Sequence record: MH706966 | Origin: Enterobacteria phage mEp021 | Length of the DNA stretch: 54,655 nt | Direction: 5' to 3' (one strand) | In this document: positions 31,202-40,126 of the stretch, one piece after another | How the letters are laid out: each line of letters opens with the position of its first letter | How positions within the stretch are numbered: position 1 is the first letter of the stretch | The notes under the pieces: model-generated | The model's database searches: none | Told to the model about the DNA's origin: nothing | Seen by the model: only the letters and a program-made list of their open reading frames with translations | Made by a program: the position numbers and the translations under genes

Positions 31202-32473
31202 GTGAGTAAAGAATTAATTCAGGTTAATACCAAATTAACCGCTAATACCATCCGCCGGGAAACGTATAACGGGCGTGAGCATATTGTTGTTCCGTCTTAT
31301 ACGTTACCCTTCAATATCGTTATGAATCGTGAATATTACCCGGAAGCTGAAATTATCGCTAATTATCAATCTCTGGAAGGCACGCTCGCACCGCTGGGTC
31401 ATCCTACGGTTGACGGTGAATTTGTTTCCGCATTTAGCCCGGAAGGTCTGAATATTGGCTTTTGTGGGGCATGGAACAGAAATGTTGAATTACGCGGCAA
31501 TCGTGTTTATGTGGAAAAATGGGTTGATGTTGAAACAGCCAGCCATTCAGAACAGGGCCGAGAATTATTAAGCCGAATTGAAGCGCTGGAAAAAGGCGAA
31601 AGCAAAGATCCGATCTGGTCATCCGTAGCCGTATATCGTCAGCGTATGCCAGCTACCGAAGAAATGAAAGCCCAGGGTGCTGACAGCGTTGTCAAAATTA
31701 TGTCGATTGACCATGATGCTATCTTACTGCATGAACCGCCAGCCGCATCGCCAGAACAGGGCGTTGGCCTGATGGTTAACACTGACCAGGCGAAGCCGTT
31801 AATGGCGGTGGCAATGAAAGAAAACAGCTATCGCACGCTTGAAAGACAATTGGAAGAAGCTGCGCGTGAACTGTTCCACGATGCAGATTATGTCTATGTT
31901 GTGGACTTCACAGATAAAGAAGTGACGATTGCCACTAATACCGAAAGTGCTCAAGTTTGCACATATGAAAAACAGGCTGATAAAATTATCTCTGATAATG
32001 GCGAGCTTGCAACCAATGAGGAAAGCAAATCCTGGTTTACGCAGTTCGCCGAACACCTTTCTAATCTTTTCTCCCTGAATGAAAAAATAAAGGCCAATAA
32101 ATCGGAGGACGATCCCATGCCTTTGACCAAAGAAGAACGCGCCGAACTGGTAAAAGAAATTAACGAAGGTTTAGCCGCTAATATCGCTAATGCAGTAGCA
32201 GAGGCATTAAAACCAGTACAGGCAAGCGTTGAAGAATTACAGACCAACCAGAAAGCGATTAAAGAAGAGATCGCAGCAAACGCAAATAAAGAAGTAGCAG
32301 AAAAACGCGCCGCAGTAGCAAAAGTTCACGGCGAAATTGTTGCTAACGCTTTAAGCGGTGAAGCGTTAGAAGCAATGTTTAAATCCCTGGGTAAAGCAGC
32401 ACCAATGGCAGCAAACTCAGCCGCTGGTGGAAATAAACCTGCCACCCCTGACATTAACAACTATTTCGCATAA
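31202..32473 (+). CDS. Scaffolding / prohead-core protein (DUF2213-like N-terminus, coiled-coil C-terminus)
   Basis: GTG start with RBS GGGAG. Ala/Glu/Lys-rich helical C-terminal half. Lies between MuF and capsid. Confidence 0.6.
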   Translation: MSKELIQVNTKLTANTIRRETYNGREHIVVPSYTLPFNIVMNREYYPEAEIIANYQSLEGTLAPLGHPTVDGEFVSAFSPEGLNIGFCGAWNRNVELRGNRVYVEKWVDVETASHSEQGRELLSRIEALEKGESKDPIWSSVAVYRQRMPATEEMKAQGADSVVKIMSIDHDAILLHEPPAASPEQGVGLMVNTDQAKPLMAVAMKENSYRTLERQLEEAARELFHDADYVYVVDFTDKEVTIATNTESAQVCTYEKQADKIISDNGELATNEESKSWFTQFAEHLSNLFSLNEKIKANKSEDDPMPLTKEERAELVKEINEGLAANIANAVAEALKPVQASVEELQTNQKAIKEEIAANANKEVAEKRAAVAKVHGEIVANALSGEALEAMFKSLGKAAPMAANSAAGGNKPATPDINNYFA

Positions 32474-32484
32474 GAGGTGAAATT

Positions 32485-32886
32485 ATGGCCCGTTTTCGTC
32501 GTGTAAATATTGACGGTAAATCCGTTACTGAAACCGCAGTATCTGCCGCAGCACTTAAGCCTGGCACCCCGGTAAAAATGGCGTCTGGTAAATTCGCTGC
32601 CGCAACTGATACCACAGGACGTATTTATGTTGTTAATCCGGCATACCATGAAGGTTTAGGCATTGAAGATGCGATCCCGGTTGGTCATTCCGTGGTTGCT
32701 GACTACGCAGAAGAAGGACGCGAATTTGCAATTCTGCTTCCTGAAGGTACTTACACCAAAGACGCTGCCATCACCATCGGTGAAGGTGGGTTCAAATTGG
32801 TAGCATCTGATGAACCGGTTTTCGCTTTCTGCCAGGAAACTGTAACCCTTGAAGCGGCTGATTTTGTACGTGTCCGCGTTGCATAA
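32485..32886 (+). CDS. Head accessory/decoration-type structural protein
   Basis: 133 aa with a very strong RBS (TAAGAGGTGAAATTATG). Immediately upstream of the major capsid gene. Confidence 0.5.
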   Translation: MARFRRVNIDGKSVTETAVSAAALKPGTPVKMASGKFAAATDTTGRIYVVNPAYHEGLGIEDAIPVGHSVVADYAEEGREFAILLPEGTYTKDAAITIGEGGFKLVASDEPVFAFCQETVTLEAADFVRVRVA

Positions 32887-32905
32887 TAATAAGAGGTGAA
32901 AAACT

Positions 32906-33958
32906 ATGTTGTTTAATAAACACAACCTTGCTACCAACAGCCGCATTCGTGCTCAGTGGGATCACCTTTGGGCGCAGCGCAACATGTTCAATGATCGTGA
33001 CGGCGCTCTTATTGCCGCAAATATGGCAAACATGACCGCTGACATCCTGGCATGTAATGCCGTTGGCGGCTTCGATCAGGAATTCTGGAAAGCTATCGAT
33101 AACCAGATTATCGAAATGAGCACCGAAGAGACTGGCATCGAAATTGTAAACGACCTGATGGCTGTTCAAACCGTATTACCAATCGGTAAAACCGAGAAAA
33201 TGTACAGCGTATCCGGTGATATTAACGATGAAGTTGTCGTTAGTATTGATGGTCAAGCGCCACACGGCTTTGATCACACCGAATACGGTAGCGATGGCGA
33301 CCCGATCCCGATGTTCACAGCGGGTTACGGTGTCAACTGGCGTCATTCCGAAGGTCTGAAAACTGCGGGTATTGACCTTGCACTGGATAGCCAGCGCCTG
33401 AAACTGCAAAAATTCAACAAAGCCCGCGTTGATTATTACCTTAACGGTAACGCAAAAATCAACGTCAACGGTAAACCGGGCCAGGGTATTAAAAATCACC
33501 GTAATACCCAACAGCTGGTAATGACCTCCGAAGACCTCACCACTGACGGATTTGACGATCTCATCAAATTCTTCACCACTGGTGCATTCGGTGTAATGGC
33601 CCGCAATAACCGTGTTGATCAGTATGACATCATGTGGGTGTCCCCTGAAATTATGGCTAACATGGCGGCGCCGCACATTGCTAACGGTACTGTTGTTGGT
33701 ACTGTACTGAATATCGTTAAACCGTTCATTCCGGTTAAAGAAATCCGTCAGACCTTTGCACTGAAAGGCAACGAGTTCATTGCTTACCAACGCCGTCGCA
33801 ACGTCATTACCCCGCTGGTTGGTATGACCACTGGTGTTGTCCCAATGCCGCGCTTTATGCCTACCGATAACTACAACTTCAAAATCATGTCTGCCGAAGG
33901 CTTACAAATCACCTGCGACATGCTGGGCCGTTCCGGTGTTGTTTACGGTCACAAATAA
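32906..33958 (+). CDS. Major capsid protein
   Basis: 350 aa with a strong RBS, followed by a strong terminator. Position is after scaffold and decoration. Confidence 0.8.
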   Translation: MLFNKHNLATNSRIRAQWDHLWAQRNMFNDRDGALIAANMANMTADILACNAVGGFDQEFWKAIDNQIIEMSTEETGIEIVNDLMAVQTVLPIGKTEKMYSVSGDINDEVVVSIDGQAPHGFDHTEYGSDGDPIPMFTAGYGVNWRHSEGLKTAGIDLALDSQRLKLQKFNKARVDYYLNGNAKINVNGKPGQGIKNHRNTQQLVMTSEDLTTDGFDDLIKFFTTGAFGVMARNNRVDQYDIMWVSPEIMANMAAPHIANGTVVGTVLNIVKPFIPVKEIRQTFALKGNEFIAYQRRRNVITPLVGMTTGVVPMPRFMPTDNYNFKIMSAEGLQITCDMLGRSGVVYGHK

Positions 33959-33978
33959 TTTCCTTATTTCCTGTAACT

Positions 33979-34006
33979 CCCCGGCGCAATGCCGGGGATT
34001 TTTTTT
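33979..34006 (+). terminator. Rho-independent terminator after the capsid gene
   Basis: CCCCGGC-GCAAT-GCCGGGG followed by ATTTTTTTT. Confidence 0.75.
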
Positions 34007-34024
34007 GTATGTGGAGCAAACAAA

Positions 34025-34411
34025 ATGGTCACTACAGAACAGGCGCGGGAATATCTTGAAAGCCAGGGTATTGACCTGCCAGACATTATCTTATCCTTGC
34101 TGGTGGAGCAGGCAAACAGCGTTAACGAATGCCTTGATGCCAACTATCCGGCCTCCACTGCAACATTAATTCAACTTTATCTGATTGGCCTGTCAGGACT
34201 AACCCAGGCTAACAAATACGTTTCCTCGCAGACTGGTCCGAACGGTGCAAGCCAGTCATACCGCTATGTCGATTTTAATAAAAAATGGAAGGCGGCCTAT
34301 TCGTTGCTTTATTCCCTGGACAAACATCACTGTACAGCAGAACTAATTCCACCAGATCCAGAAAACACCGCGCACGCCGGGCTGTGGATAGGTAAAAGCG
34401 GGAGGATGTAA
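34025..34411 (+). CDS. Head-tail connector / head completion protein
   Basis: Trimmed to MVTTEQAREYL. First gene after the capsid terminator. Confidence 0.55.
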   Translation: MVTTEQAREYLESQGIDLPDIILSLLVEQANSVNECLDANYPASTATLIQLYLIGLSGLTQANKYVSSQTGPNGASQSYRYVDFNKKWKAAYSLLYSLDKHHCTAELIPPDPENTAHAGLWIGKSGRM

Positions 34412-34413
34412 CA

Positions 34414-34599
34414 ATGTGGAATGACCTGACATTACCGAATCCGTTATTACCGAAACCGTTTACCCGCGTATGGGTGCAGACTGATACCGGGAGGCAGGTG
34501 GCGGCATATCTTAATGACGCTGGCGAATGGGTGATTCTATGCCCGCGCGTGGCGAAAACCCATCCGAAAATCATCAAATGGAGTTGCGGATATGAGTAA
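34414..34599 (+). CDS. Hypothetical structural-region protein (61 aa)
   Basis: Coupled ORF. Confidence 0.45.
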   Translation: MWNDLTLPNPLLPKPFTRVWVQTDTGRQVAAYLNDAGEWVILCPRVAKTHPKIIKWSCGYE

Positions 34600-34960
34600 G
34601 ATCGCGAGATTCAGCTATAAGGCATTAGCCACCATTTACCCCGTGACGCGTGACGACTGGACAAACTCCGACGTATACGGAACGCCATACCTGATTGATT
34701 GTGCATGGGAACGCACTGACGGAACCGCAACAGACGCAAACGGGAATGAGGTTAGCAACACAATAACCGTATATACCGAACTGCTTCACAAGATGCAGCC
34801 AGTACAGCGCCCGGAAAAAGGGTGGATGCTTGCCACTGGTGACACTACTGCTATTGCTGACCCGCTGGCGGCTGGGGCCAACTTTATAACCGGGATCGTT
34901 GAATGGGACATGAGCATGTTTAACGACACGCCGGACTATAAGATCGTCACAGGAGGTTAA
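34592..34960 (+). CDS. Head-tail adaptor
   Basis: 122 aa. Called on position and size. Confidence 0.5.
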   Translation: MSKIARFSYKALATIYPVTRDDWTNSDVYGTPYLIDCAWERTDGTATDANGNEVSNTITVYTELLHKMQPVQRPEKGWMLATGDTTAIADPLAAGANFITGIVEWDMSMFNDTPDYKIVTGG

Positions 34961-34962
34961 TT

Positions 34963-35403
34963 ATGCCTATTAGGGGCGTCAAACGTGTCAGGGAGCGATT
35001 AAAGCAGGAGCTAAAGGAAATCACAGATAAGAAAACTTATGAGGTGTTATGGCGAGTAGGGATGCTGGCTGGTGGCTTCGCAGCGAACATGACCCCAGTT
35101 GACACGGGTTTTTTAATTAACAGTCAATTTCAGTATATAGGTAACACGGCGGAGGGTATGCAATTACGACTGGGGTATACGGCCCGTTACGCTGAATGGG
35201 TGCATGACATGCCGGGTAAATTAAAAGGCCAGCCGCGTAAACATTTCGGCAAAACCAGAGAAGGCGTAGAATTTGGCGGCGGTACTGGTAAGGGTAATTA
35301 TTGGGACCCAAACGCGGAGCCGGAATTTTTGCGTAATGCATTTGAAGATCCAAACAACGCTGACGATATTTATAAAACGATTATAGAAGGTTACAAAACA
35401 TGA
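34963..35403 (+). CDS. HK97 gp10-family head-tail joining protein
   Basis: 146 aa. ...MTPVDTGFLINS... is typical of the gp10 family. Confidence 0.6.
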   Translation: MPIRGVKRVRERLKQELKEITDKKTYEVLWRVGMLAGGFAANMTPVDTGFLINSQFQYIGNTAEGMQLRLGYTARYAEWVHDMPGKLKGQPRKHFGKTREGVEFGGGTGKGNYWDPNAEPEFLRNAFEDPNNADDIYKTIIEGYKT

Positions 35404-35786
35404 AACGCAGCGAGGTTTACGACGAAATAAGGGATTGGATTAAATCCCACGGGTACGACGAAGGTTATATTTTGCAGGCCCGTTTCTGGAATGAGCGATC
35501 CAATTCGAATAACAGCAGATATATTGTCATACAGCAAAACGGCGGAGCGGCGGGAGAAGAGGCGATAACCCGCGACTATTTCCGCATCCTGGTTATTTCG
35601 GCGCGTAATGACGCAAATATCAGTGAAGTGGAAGATCTCGCCGATGCAATACGGCAAAGTATGATAACAGAGTATAAAACTGATAAAATTACATACATGA
35701 AGCCAGTAGGCGCTATTCCTGCAATGCAGACAAGAGAAGGGCGCTTTATTTTTACCGTAGCTTTTCAAACCATCATATCAAGATAA
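35400..35786 (+). CDS. Tail completion / tail terminator protein
   Basis: 128 aa immediately upstream of the major tail gene. Confidence 0.55.
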   Translation: MKRSEVYDEIRDWIKSHGYDEGYILQARFWNERSNSNNSRYIVIQQNGGAAGEEAITRDYFRILVISARNDANISEVEDLADAIRQSMITEYKTDKITYMKPVGAIPAMQTREGRFIFTVAFQTIISR

Positions 35787-35799
35787 GAGGTAACTAAAC

Positions 35800-36276
35800 A
35801 TGTCTCAGACTTGTGATAAAGGTTCGTTCTTAGGCCGCGACGTTGCCGTATTTTACGCTATCGCTTGCCCTAATGCGAAACCTGAAGAAAGCGCTTATAA
35901 AGCGTTAGGCATGATGCGTGGCAAATCTCTTTCCGTAGAATGGGAAACCGCAGACGCCACCGCTGATAAATCAGCAGACTACACCAAAGAATCACTGGTA
36001 ACTTACAAATCTGTTGCCTTCTCAGGTGACGGCGTATCACGCACCGAAGAGATCTACAATCAGAAAGCACTTAAACGCCACGTTATTAACCCTGGCGAAA
36101 CAACTGGTGCGCAGCCTTACGTCTGGTTGAAACTCGTTTCCCCGCTCGACGTAACAGAAGGCCCGTTTCTTTGCACCTCCTTTAAAGAAGAGGATCCGCA
36201 CGACGATGTGTCCACTTGGTCCATTGAATGCGAAAGCGCTGGCAAAGTCACGGTAGGTGACGTTCCGTCAGTGTAA
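35800..36276 (+). CDS. Major tail protein
   Basis: 158 aa with the strong RBS TAAGAGGT, followed by a terminator. Confidence 0.7.
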   Translation: MSQTCDKGSFLGRDVAVFYAIACPNAKPEESAYKALGMMRGKSLSVEWETADATADKSADYTKESLVTYKSVAFSGDGVSRTEEIYNQKALKRHVINPGETTGAQPYVWLKLVSPLDVTEGPFLCTSFKEEDPHDDVSTWSIECESAGKVTVGDVPSV

Positions 36277-36293
36277 CAATAAATATTAACATC

Positions 36294-36319
36294 GGGGCCA
36301 TTTGGCCCCTTTATTTTTT
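36294..36319 (+). terminator. Rho-independent terminator after the major tail gene
   Basis: GGGGCC-ATTT-GGCCCC followed by TTTATTTTTT. Confidence 0.7.
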
Positions 36320-36331
36320 ATGGTGACAGTT

Positions 36332-37012
36332 ATGATTCATGTTCGAACCGGACAATTTGCGGTCGTTGTTGATGGCAGACGTTACGAGTTCAACCCATGC
36401 TTTGCTGCAATGGCTAAGATCGGCAGTGACAGGGAACTGGTTGAATATTTCGCAACTGTGCACGGTGGCAAATACCCACAGCGTTTGCCAACGGATCCAG
36501 ACCTCCGCAATCGCATTATGGCGCGTTGTTATGGTGAGTTAGTGCAAACGTCCATCCACGTCCTGAAATGTTGCTCAGAATGCGAAATAGGCCAGTTATT
36601 GGGCGAATGCAGCTTTACTCCTTCGGGTAAGTTGAGACTGAAACCTGGGTTGATGCCCACCAGCGACGTTATCACACTGGCGCAACACTGCATGTATCAC
36701 GGTTTGATTGGTGACGGACCAGATGAGGACACTGGCGAGGAGCAGGAAGGAGACTATAAACAGACGTTTGACATCCTTGAATACGTTTACTCCGCTGTTG
36801 CTCACCTGGGATTGTCTGAATCTGAAGCATGGGGCATGACAATGACCGGATACAGGGCCGCTGTACGCGCTAAAACGCCACCAGACGAAAGAAACGAGAA
36901 ACGTAAGCCAAACGTTCATATAAATAAACGTGATTATGATGAGCAAATGGAGGCAGCTAAAAGGGTGCTGGAATTGATGAAAAAACGCGAGCAAGAAAAA
37001 GCCCGGGGTTAG
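36332..37012 (+). CDS. Tail assembly chaperone (start 36320 or 36332)
   Basis: Lies between the major tail and tape measure genes. Acidic middle and basic tail. Confidence 0.5.
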   Translation: MIHVRTGQFAVVVDGRRYEFNPCFAAMAKIGSDRELVEYFATVHGGKYPQRLPTDPDLRNRIMARCYGELVQTSIHVLKCCSECEIGQLLGECSFTPSGKLRLKPGLMPTSDVITLAQHCMYHGLIGDGPDEDTGEEQEGDYKQTFDILEYVYSAVAHLGLSESEAWGMTMTGYRAAVRAKTPPDERNEKRKPNVHINKRDYDEQMEAAKRVLELMKKREQEKARG

Positions 37013-37052
37013 CCGGGCGTTATATGTCGATGATGCTTTTTGATGGTGCCAA

Positions 37053-37469
37053 TTATCTGAACCTTGCTATTTCAATTCTGCCGTTGCCCAAGTCAATGAT
37101 GGCATGATTTTTTATACCCGCGCCGCCTTCGTTAAATATTCTTTCAGCAAATGCGGCTTTATCAGCGTTACACTCATTGGCTATTCTGTTTCTTATTTCA
37201 TCGTTGCCTTCGAATACGACGCCTACAGCAGCCTCCTTCACAAGTCCCCAGTTAAACCATCTTGCGTAAACCGGTTTACCTTCGAAATGATCGTCAATTG
37301 CTTTATAAAAAACCTTGATAGCTGCGGGTTCCTTCTTGAAGATTTTGTGGTATTCGGCAACATTATTAGCTACATCATCGCAGTTTATATTCATCACATC
37401 GTTTGCGTTGGCGTTGAATGCTAAACCTACCATTACCGCCATCACTGCCGCTTTGATTAGCCGTTTCAT
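37053..37469 (-). CDS. Secreted (Sec signal peptide) accessory protein, 138 aa
   Basis: MKRLIKAAVMAVMVGLAFNANA signal with an AxA cleavage site. It is on the opposite strand inside the tail operon. Confidence 0.65.
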   Translation of the reverse strand: MKRLIKAAVMAVMVGLAFNANANDVMNINCDDVANNVAEYHKIFKKEPAAIKVFYKAIDDHFEGKPVYARWFNWGLVKEAAVGVVFEGNDEIRNRIANECNADKAAFAERIFNEGGAGIKNHAIIDLGNGRIEIARFR

Positions 37470-37482
37470 ACCCCACCCCCGC

Positions 37483-37569
37483 TTATTTTTTGTTTTTAAG
37501 TGCCTTCAGCATTTCTTCGATAAAGTCGGCATAGTGCTCATGCTCGTTGGGTCGGTAGTAGTTTTTCAT
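37483..37569 (-). CDS. Possible 28-aa hydrophilic peptide MKNYYRPNEHEHYADFIEEMLKALKNKK
   Basis: Not in the track. RBS AGAGGATAAGAAAATG. Lies 13 nt upstream of the secreted-protein gene. Confidence 0.35.
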   Translation of the reverse strand: MKNYYRPNEHEHYADFIEEMLKALKNKK

Positions 37570-37725
37570 TTTCTTATCCTCTTTGCTTCCTCCGGTTAAT
37601 CCGACCTTCTAAATCCCTTTACTCTATCCCTTTCCTTTAGCCTCTTTATACAAAATGTATTCGTTGAAGTGAAGCCATTTTGTATAAAATAGAGATCAGT
37701 ATCACACTTTTTACGAGGTTAAATC

Positions 37726-40071
37726 ATGTCCACCAGTTTAGGTACAATTTATTACGAAGTTGATGCAAAAACTGGTCAACTTCTAGTCGCTCAGAGACAG
37801 GCGGATCAGGCTTTTGACAGTATCGAGCGTGGCGCAAAACGCGCTGACCGCCAGGTTAACACGCTTAAAACTTCAATCAAAGCACTATCCAGGGTTATAC
37901 ATCTGCTACTTGCTGCGGAGGCTGTGCGCCAGTTTATTGACATGGCGGAGCAAGCAAAAATGCTTCGTGTCAAAATTAAAATGCTCACAGGTGACGCAGA
38001 GGCCGCAGGACGTGTTTTTGACGGCCTGAAAAAAATATCAAAGGAAACCGGGCAAAGCCTTAAAGACACTGGCGAATTGTGGCAAGGCCTGGCTATTTCA
38101 CTAAAGAATACTTCCGCTACGGAAGGCCAATTGCTCAACCTGGTTGGCACTATTCAGAAGATGGGGGCGTTAGGAGGCGCGTCAGCGGAACAGATGTCTA
38201 ATTCTATGCGCCAGTTCCGCCAGTCTATAGACGGCGGCGTGCTGCGTGCTGAAGAGTTTAACAGCCTGTTAGAGAACACGCCGACCATCGTACAGACAAT
38301 GGCCCGCCATATGGGGTTGTCAATGGGCCAGTTCCGCGCCGAAATGCTGGACGGCAAGATCACGGCTGAAAGGATGGTTAACGCGATTCAGGCAGCTACA
38401 CAGGAAACAAACGAGAAGTTTGCACAGTTGCCGCGCACGTCCGGCAAGGCTATCAATGAGCTTAAAGTTGAGGTGATGGGGCTTGTCGAACAACTTGACG
38501 ATCTTTTCGGCATATCAGATGGCGTTGTATCAGCTATCGACTTAATAACTGGCGGCGTTGAGGGATTAGGTAAAGGCGCTAAATTCGCCGCAACCTGTTT
38601 TAATACACTCAAAACGGCTGGCAGTGAGTTCATAGACATGTTTGACGACGTGGCTGTTAAGGCTGGCGAGGTGGCGGAAGAAATCATTAGAATGGTAACG
38701 CCAATCAAGGCGCTAATGGATGGCTACAAATGGATGAAGGAGATTGTAGGAAAGCAAACAGAAGAATATAACACCAATTATGAGAAGAAATACGGTAAAA
38801 GACTTGGTAAGGGAATGCAATTTTGGGATGATTGGCAGGCCGTACTTAACCAAACAAAAGAAAACAAGGGAACCGACACCGCTGACGACGGCAAGATCAC
38901 CGGATTCGAGCCACCAGTAGATAAGCCAGGAAAACCGAAAAAAGGAAAAAAAGACAAGAAATCTGAAGCTGATCGGCTTGGTGATGAAGGTATAAAAGTG
39001 TCCGACCAGTACAACAAGGACGCCGCCGCTATGCGCAAAGCATTAGAGAACGGCAAGGCCATTGATGCTGCATTCGCCCAGGGCAAAATCACCCTCCTTG
39101 AGTACAAGGCCGCGCAAAAGGGGATAGGCAAGGAACTGAAGGACGAATTGGCACAAATCCCGGTGGAAGAATTGCAAGATAAATGGGCGCACATAGTAAG
39201 CCCAATGGATCAGCTTAAGGGCGAAATTGACCCAATCAAACAGGCGCAGAATGAGTGGGCTGTCAGAAAACAAATGCTATTAGACCTGGGAGCTACAGAA
39301 GCGCAACAGAGACAGGCGCAGTTAGAATATGAGCAACAGATCAGGGATCTGAAGTGGGAGCAATGGCAGGCGCAAAGCGACACAAACAGCCTGATTGGTG
39401 CTTGTGTTAGCGGCCTCAAGGGTGGCATGGGTAATGCGCTTACTGGCCTGTTAAACGGTACTCAATCATTAAGCGAGGTTTTTGCCAACCTGGGAAGCAG
39501 CATACTTAACACCGTAGGCAATAAACTTTCGGAAATAGCCGCTAACTGGATAGCAGATCAATTGATGATGGAAACGCAAAGCAAGGCTACACAGGCAAGT
39601 ACAGCGGCTGGCGCTGTGGCAGCGCAGGGCGAGATTGCTGCGGCAGCGGCCCCGGCAGCGGCTGCGACGGCGGCATCAACTGGCGGTAGCTGGGCGGCGG
39701 CTGGTGCTGCGGCGCTTTCTGCTATCATGTCGCTGGCAACGTCAATTTTTGGCGGCGGTCGTTATAATGGTGGTTCTGTGAATGGTGGCAGTCTGTATCG
39801 CGTAGGGGAACACGGAATACCGGAGCTATTCCAGACGAGCAACGGGCGTCAGTATATGATTCCTGGGGAAAATGGCAGGGTTATTCCTGGCCGCGATCTT
39901 TTCAGTGGTGGCAGCATCAGTATGCCTGTTAACATTACCGTTCAGACCACAAACGGGTTTAGCGAAGAGGACAGTCGCAGATTGCAAGACGCCATGAAAC
40001 GCGTTGCAATGGGAGTAATTAAAGAGCAAAGTTCAAGGCCCGGAGGTCTTATCCAACCACGAAGAAAATAA
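37726..40071 (+). CDS. Tape measure protein
   Basis: 781 aa, largely helical, with a Gly/Ala-rich hydrophobic segment near the C-terminus. Confidence 0.9.
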   Translation: MSTSLGTIYYEVDAKTGQLLVAQRQADQAFDSIERGAKRADRQVNTLKTSIKALSRVIHLLLAAEAVRQFIDMAEQAKMLRVKIKMLTGDAEAAGRVFDGLKKISKETGQSLKDTGELWQGLAISLKNTSATEGQLLNLVGTIQKMGALGGASAEQMSNSMRQFRQSIDGGVLRAEEFNSLLENTPTIVQTMARHMGLSMGQFRAEMLDGKITAERMVNAIQAATQETNEKFAQLPRTSGKAINELKVEVMGLVEQLDDLFGISDGVVSAIDLITGGVEGLGKGAKFAATCFNTLKTAGSEFIDMFDDVAVKAGEVAEEIIRMVTPIKALMDGYKWMKEIVGKQTEEYNTNYEKKYGKRLGKGMQFWDDWQAVLNQTKENKGTDTADDGKITGFEPPVDKPGKPKKGKKDKKSEADRLGDEGIKVSDQYNKDAAAMRKALENGKAIDAAFAQGKITLLEYKAAQKGIGKELKDELAQIPVEELQDKWAHIVSPMDQLKGEIDPIKQAQNEWAVRKQMLLDLGATEAQQRQAQLEYEQQIRDLKWEQWQAQSDTNSLIGACVSGLKGGMGNALTGLLNGTQSLSEVFANLGSSILNTVGNKLSEIAANWIADQLMMETQSKATQASTAAGAVAAQGEIAAAAAPAAAATAASTGGSWAAAGAAALSAIMSLATSIFGGGRYNGGSVNGGSLYRVGEHGIPELFQTSNGRQYMIPGENGRVIPGRDLFSGGSISMPVNITVQTTNGFSEEDSRRLQDAMKRVAMGVIKEQSSRPGGLIQPRRK

Positions 40072-40089
40072 TTTATTGATTTAATCTTA

Positions 40090-40123
40090 CGCCCGCAAGA
40101 TAATGACGTATCCTTGCGGGCTT
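40090..40123. terminator. Bidirectional hairpin terminator between the tape measure gene (+) and the minus-strand island
   Basis: GCCCGCAAG-N13-CTTGCGGGC followed by TTTGCTT. Confidence 0.65.
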
Positions 40124-40126
40124 TGC

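Noticed and set aside
28979-33790. Long antisense ORFs inside the portal, MuF, scaffold and capsid genes (for example 28979-29527, 30677-31126 and 33176-33790)
   Set aside because: They lie antisense within well-supported structural genes. They have no RBS, and their composition mirrors the sense strand.
36332-37012. Programmed -1 frameshift (G/GT-type) in the tail chaperone gene
   Set aside because: The whole 227-230-codon region is one continuous frame in the track. I found no overlapping downstream frame or convincing slippery heptamer. It cannot be excluded without a dedicated search.
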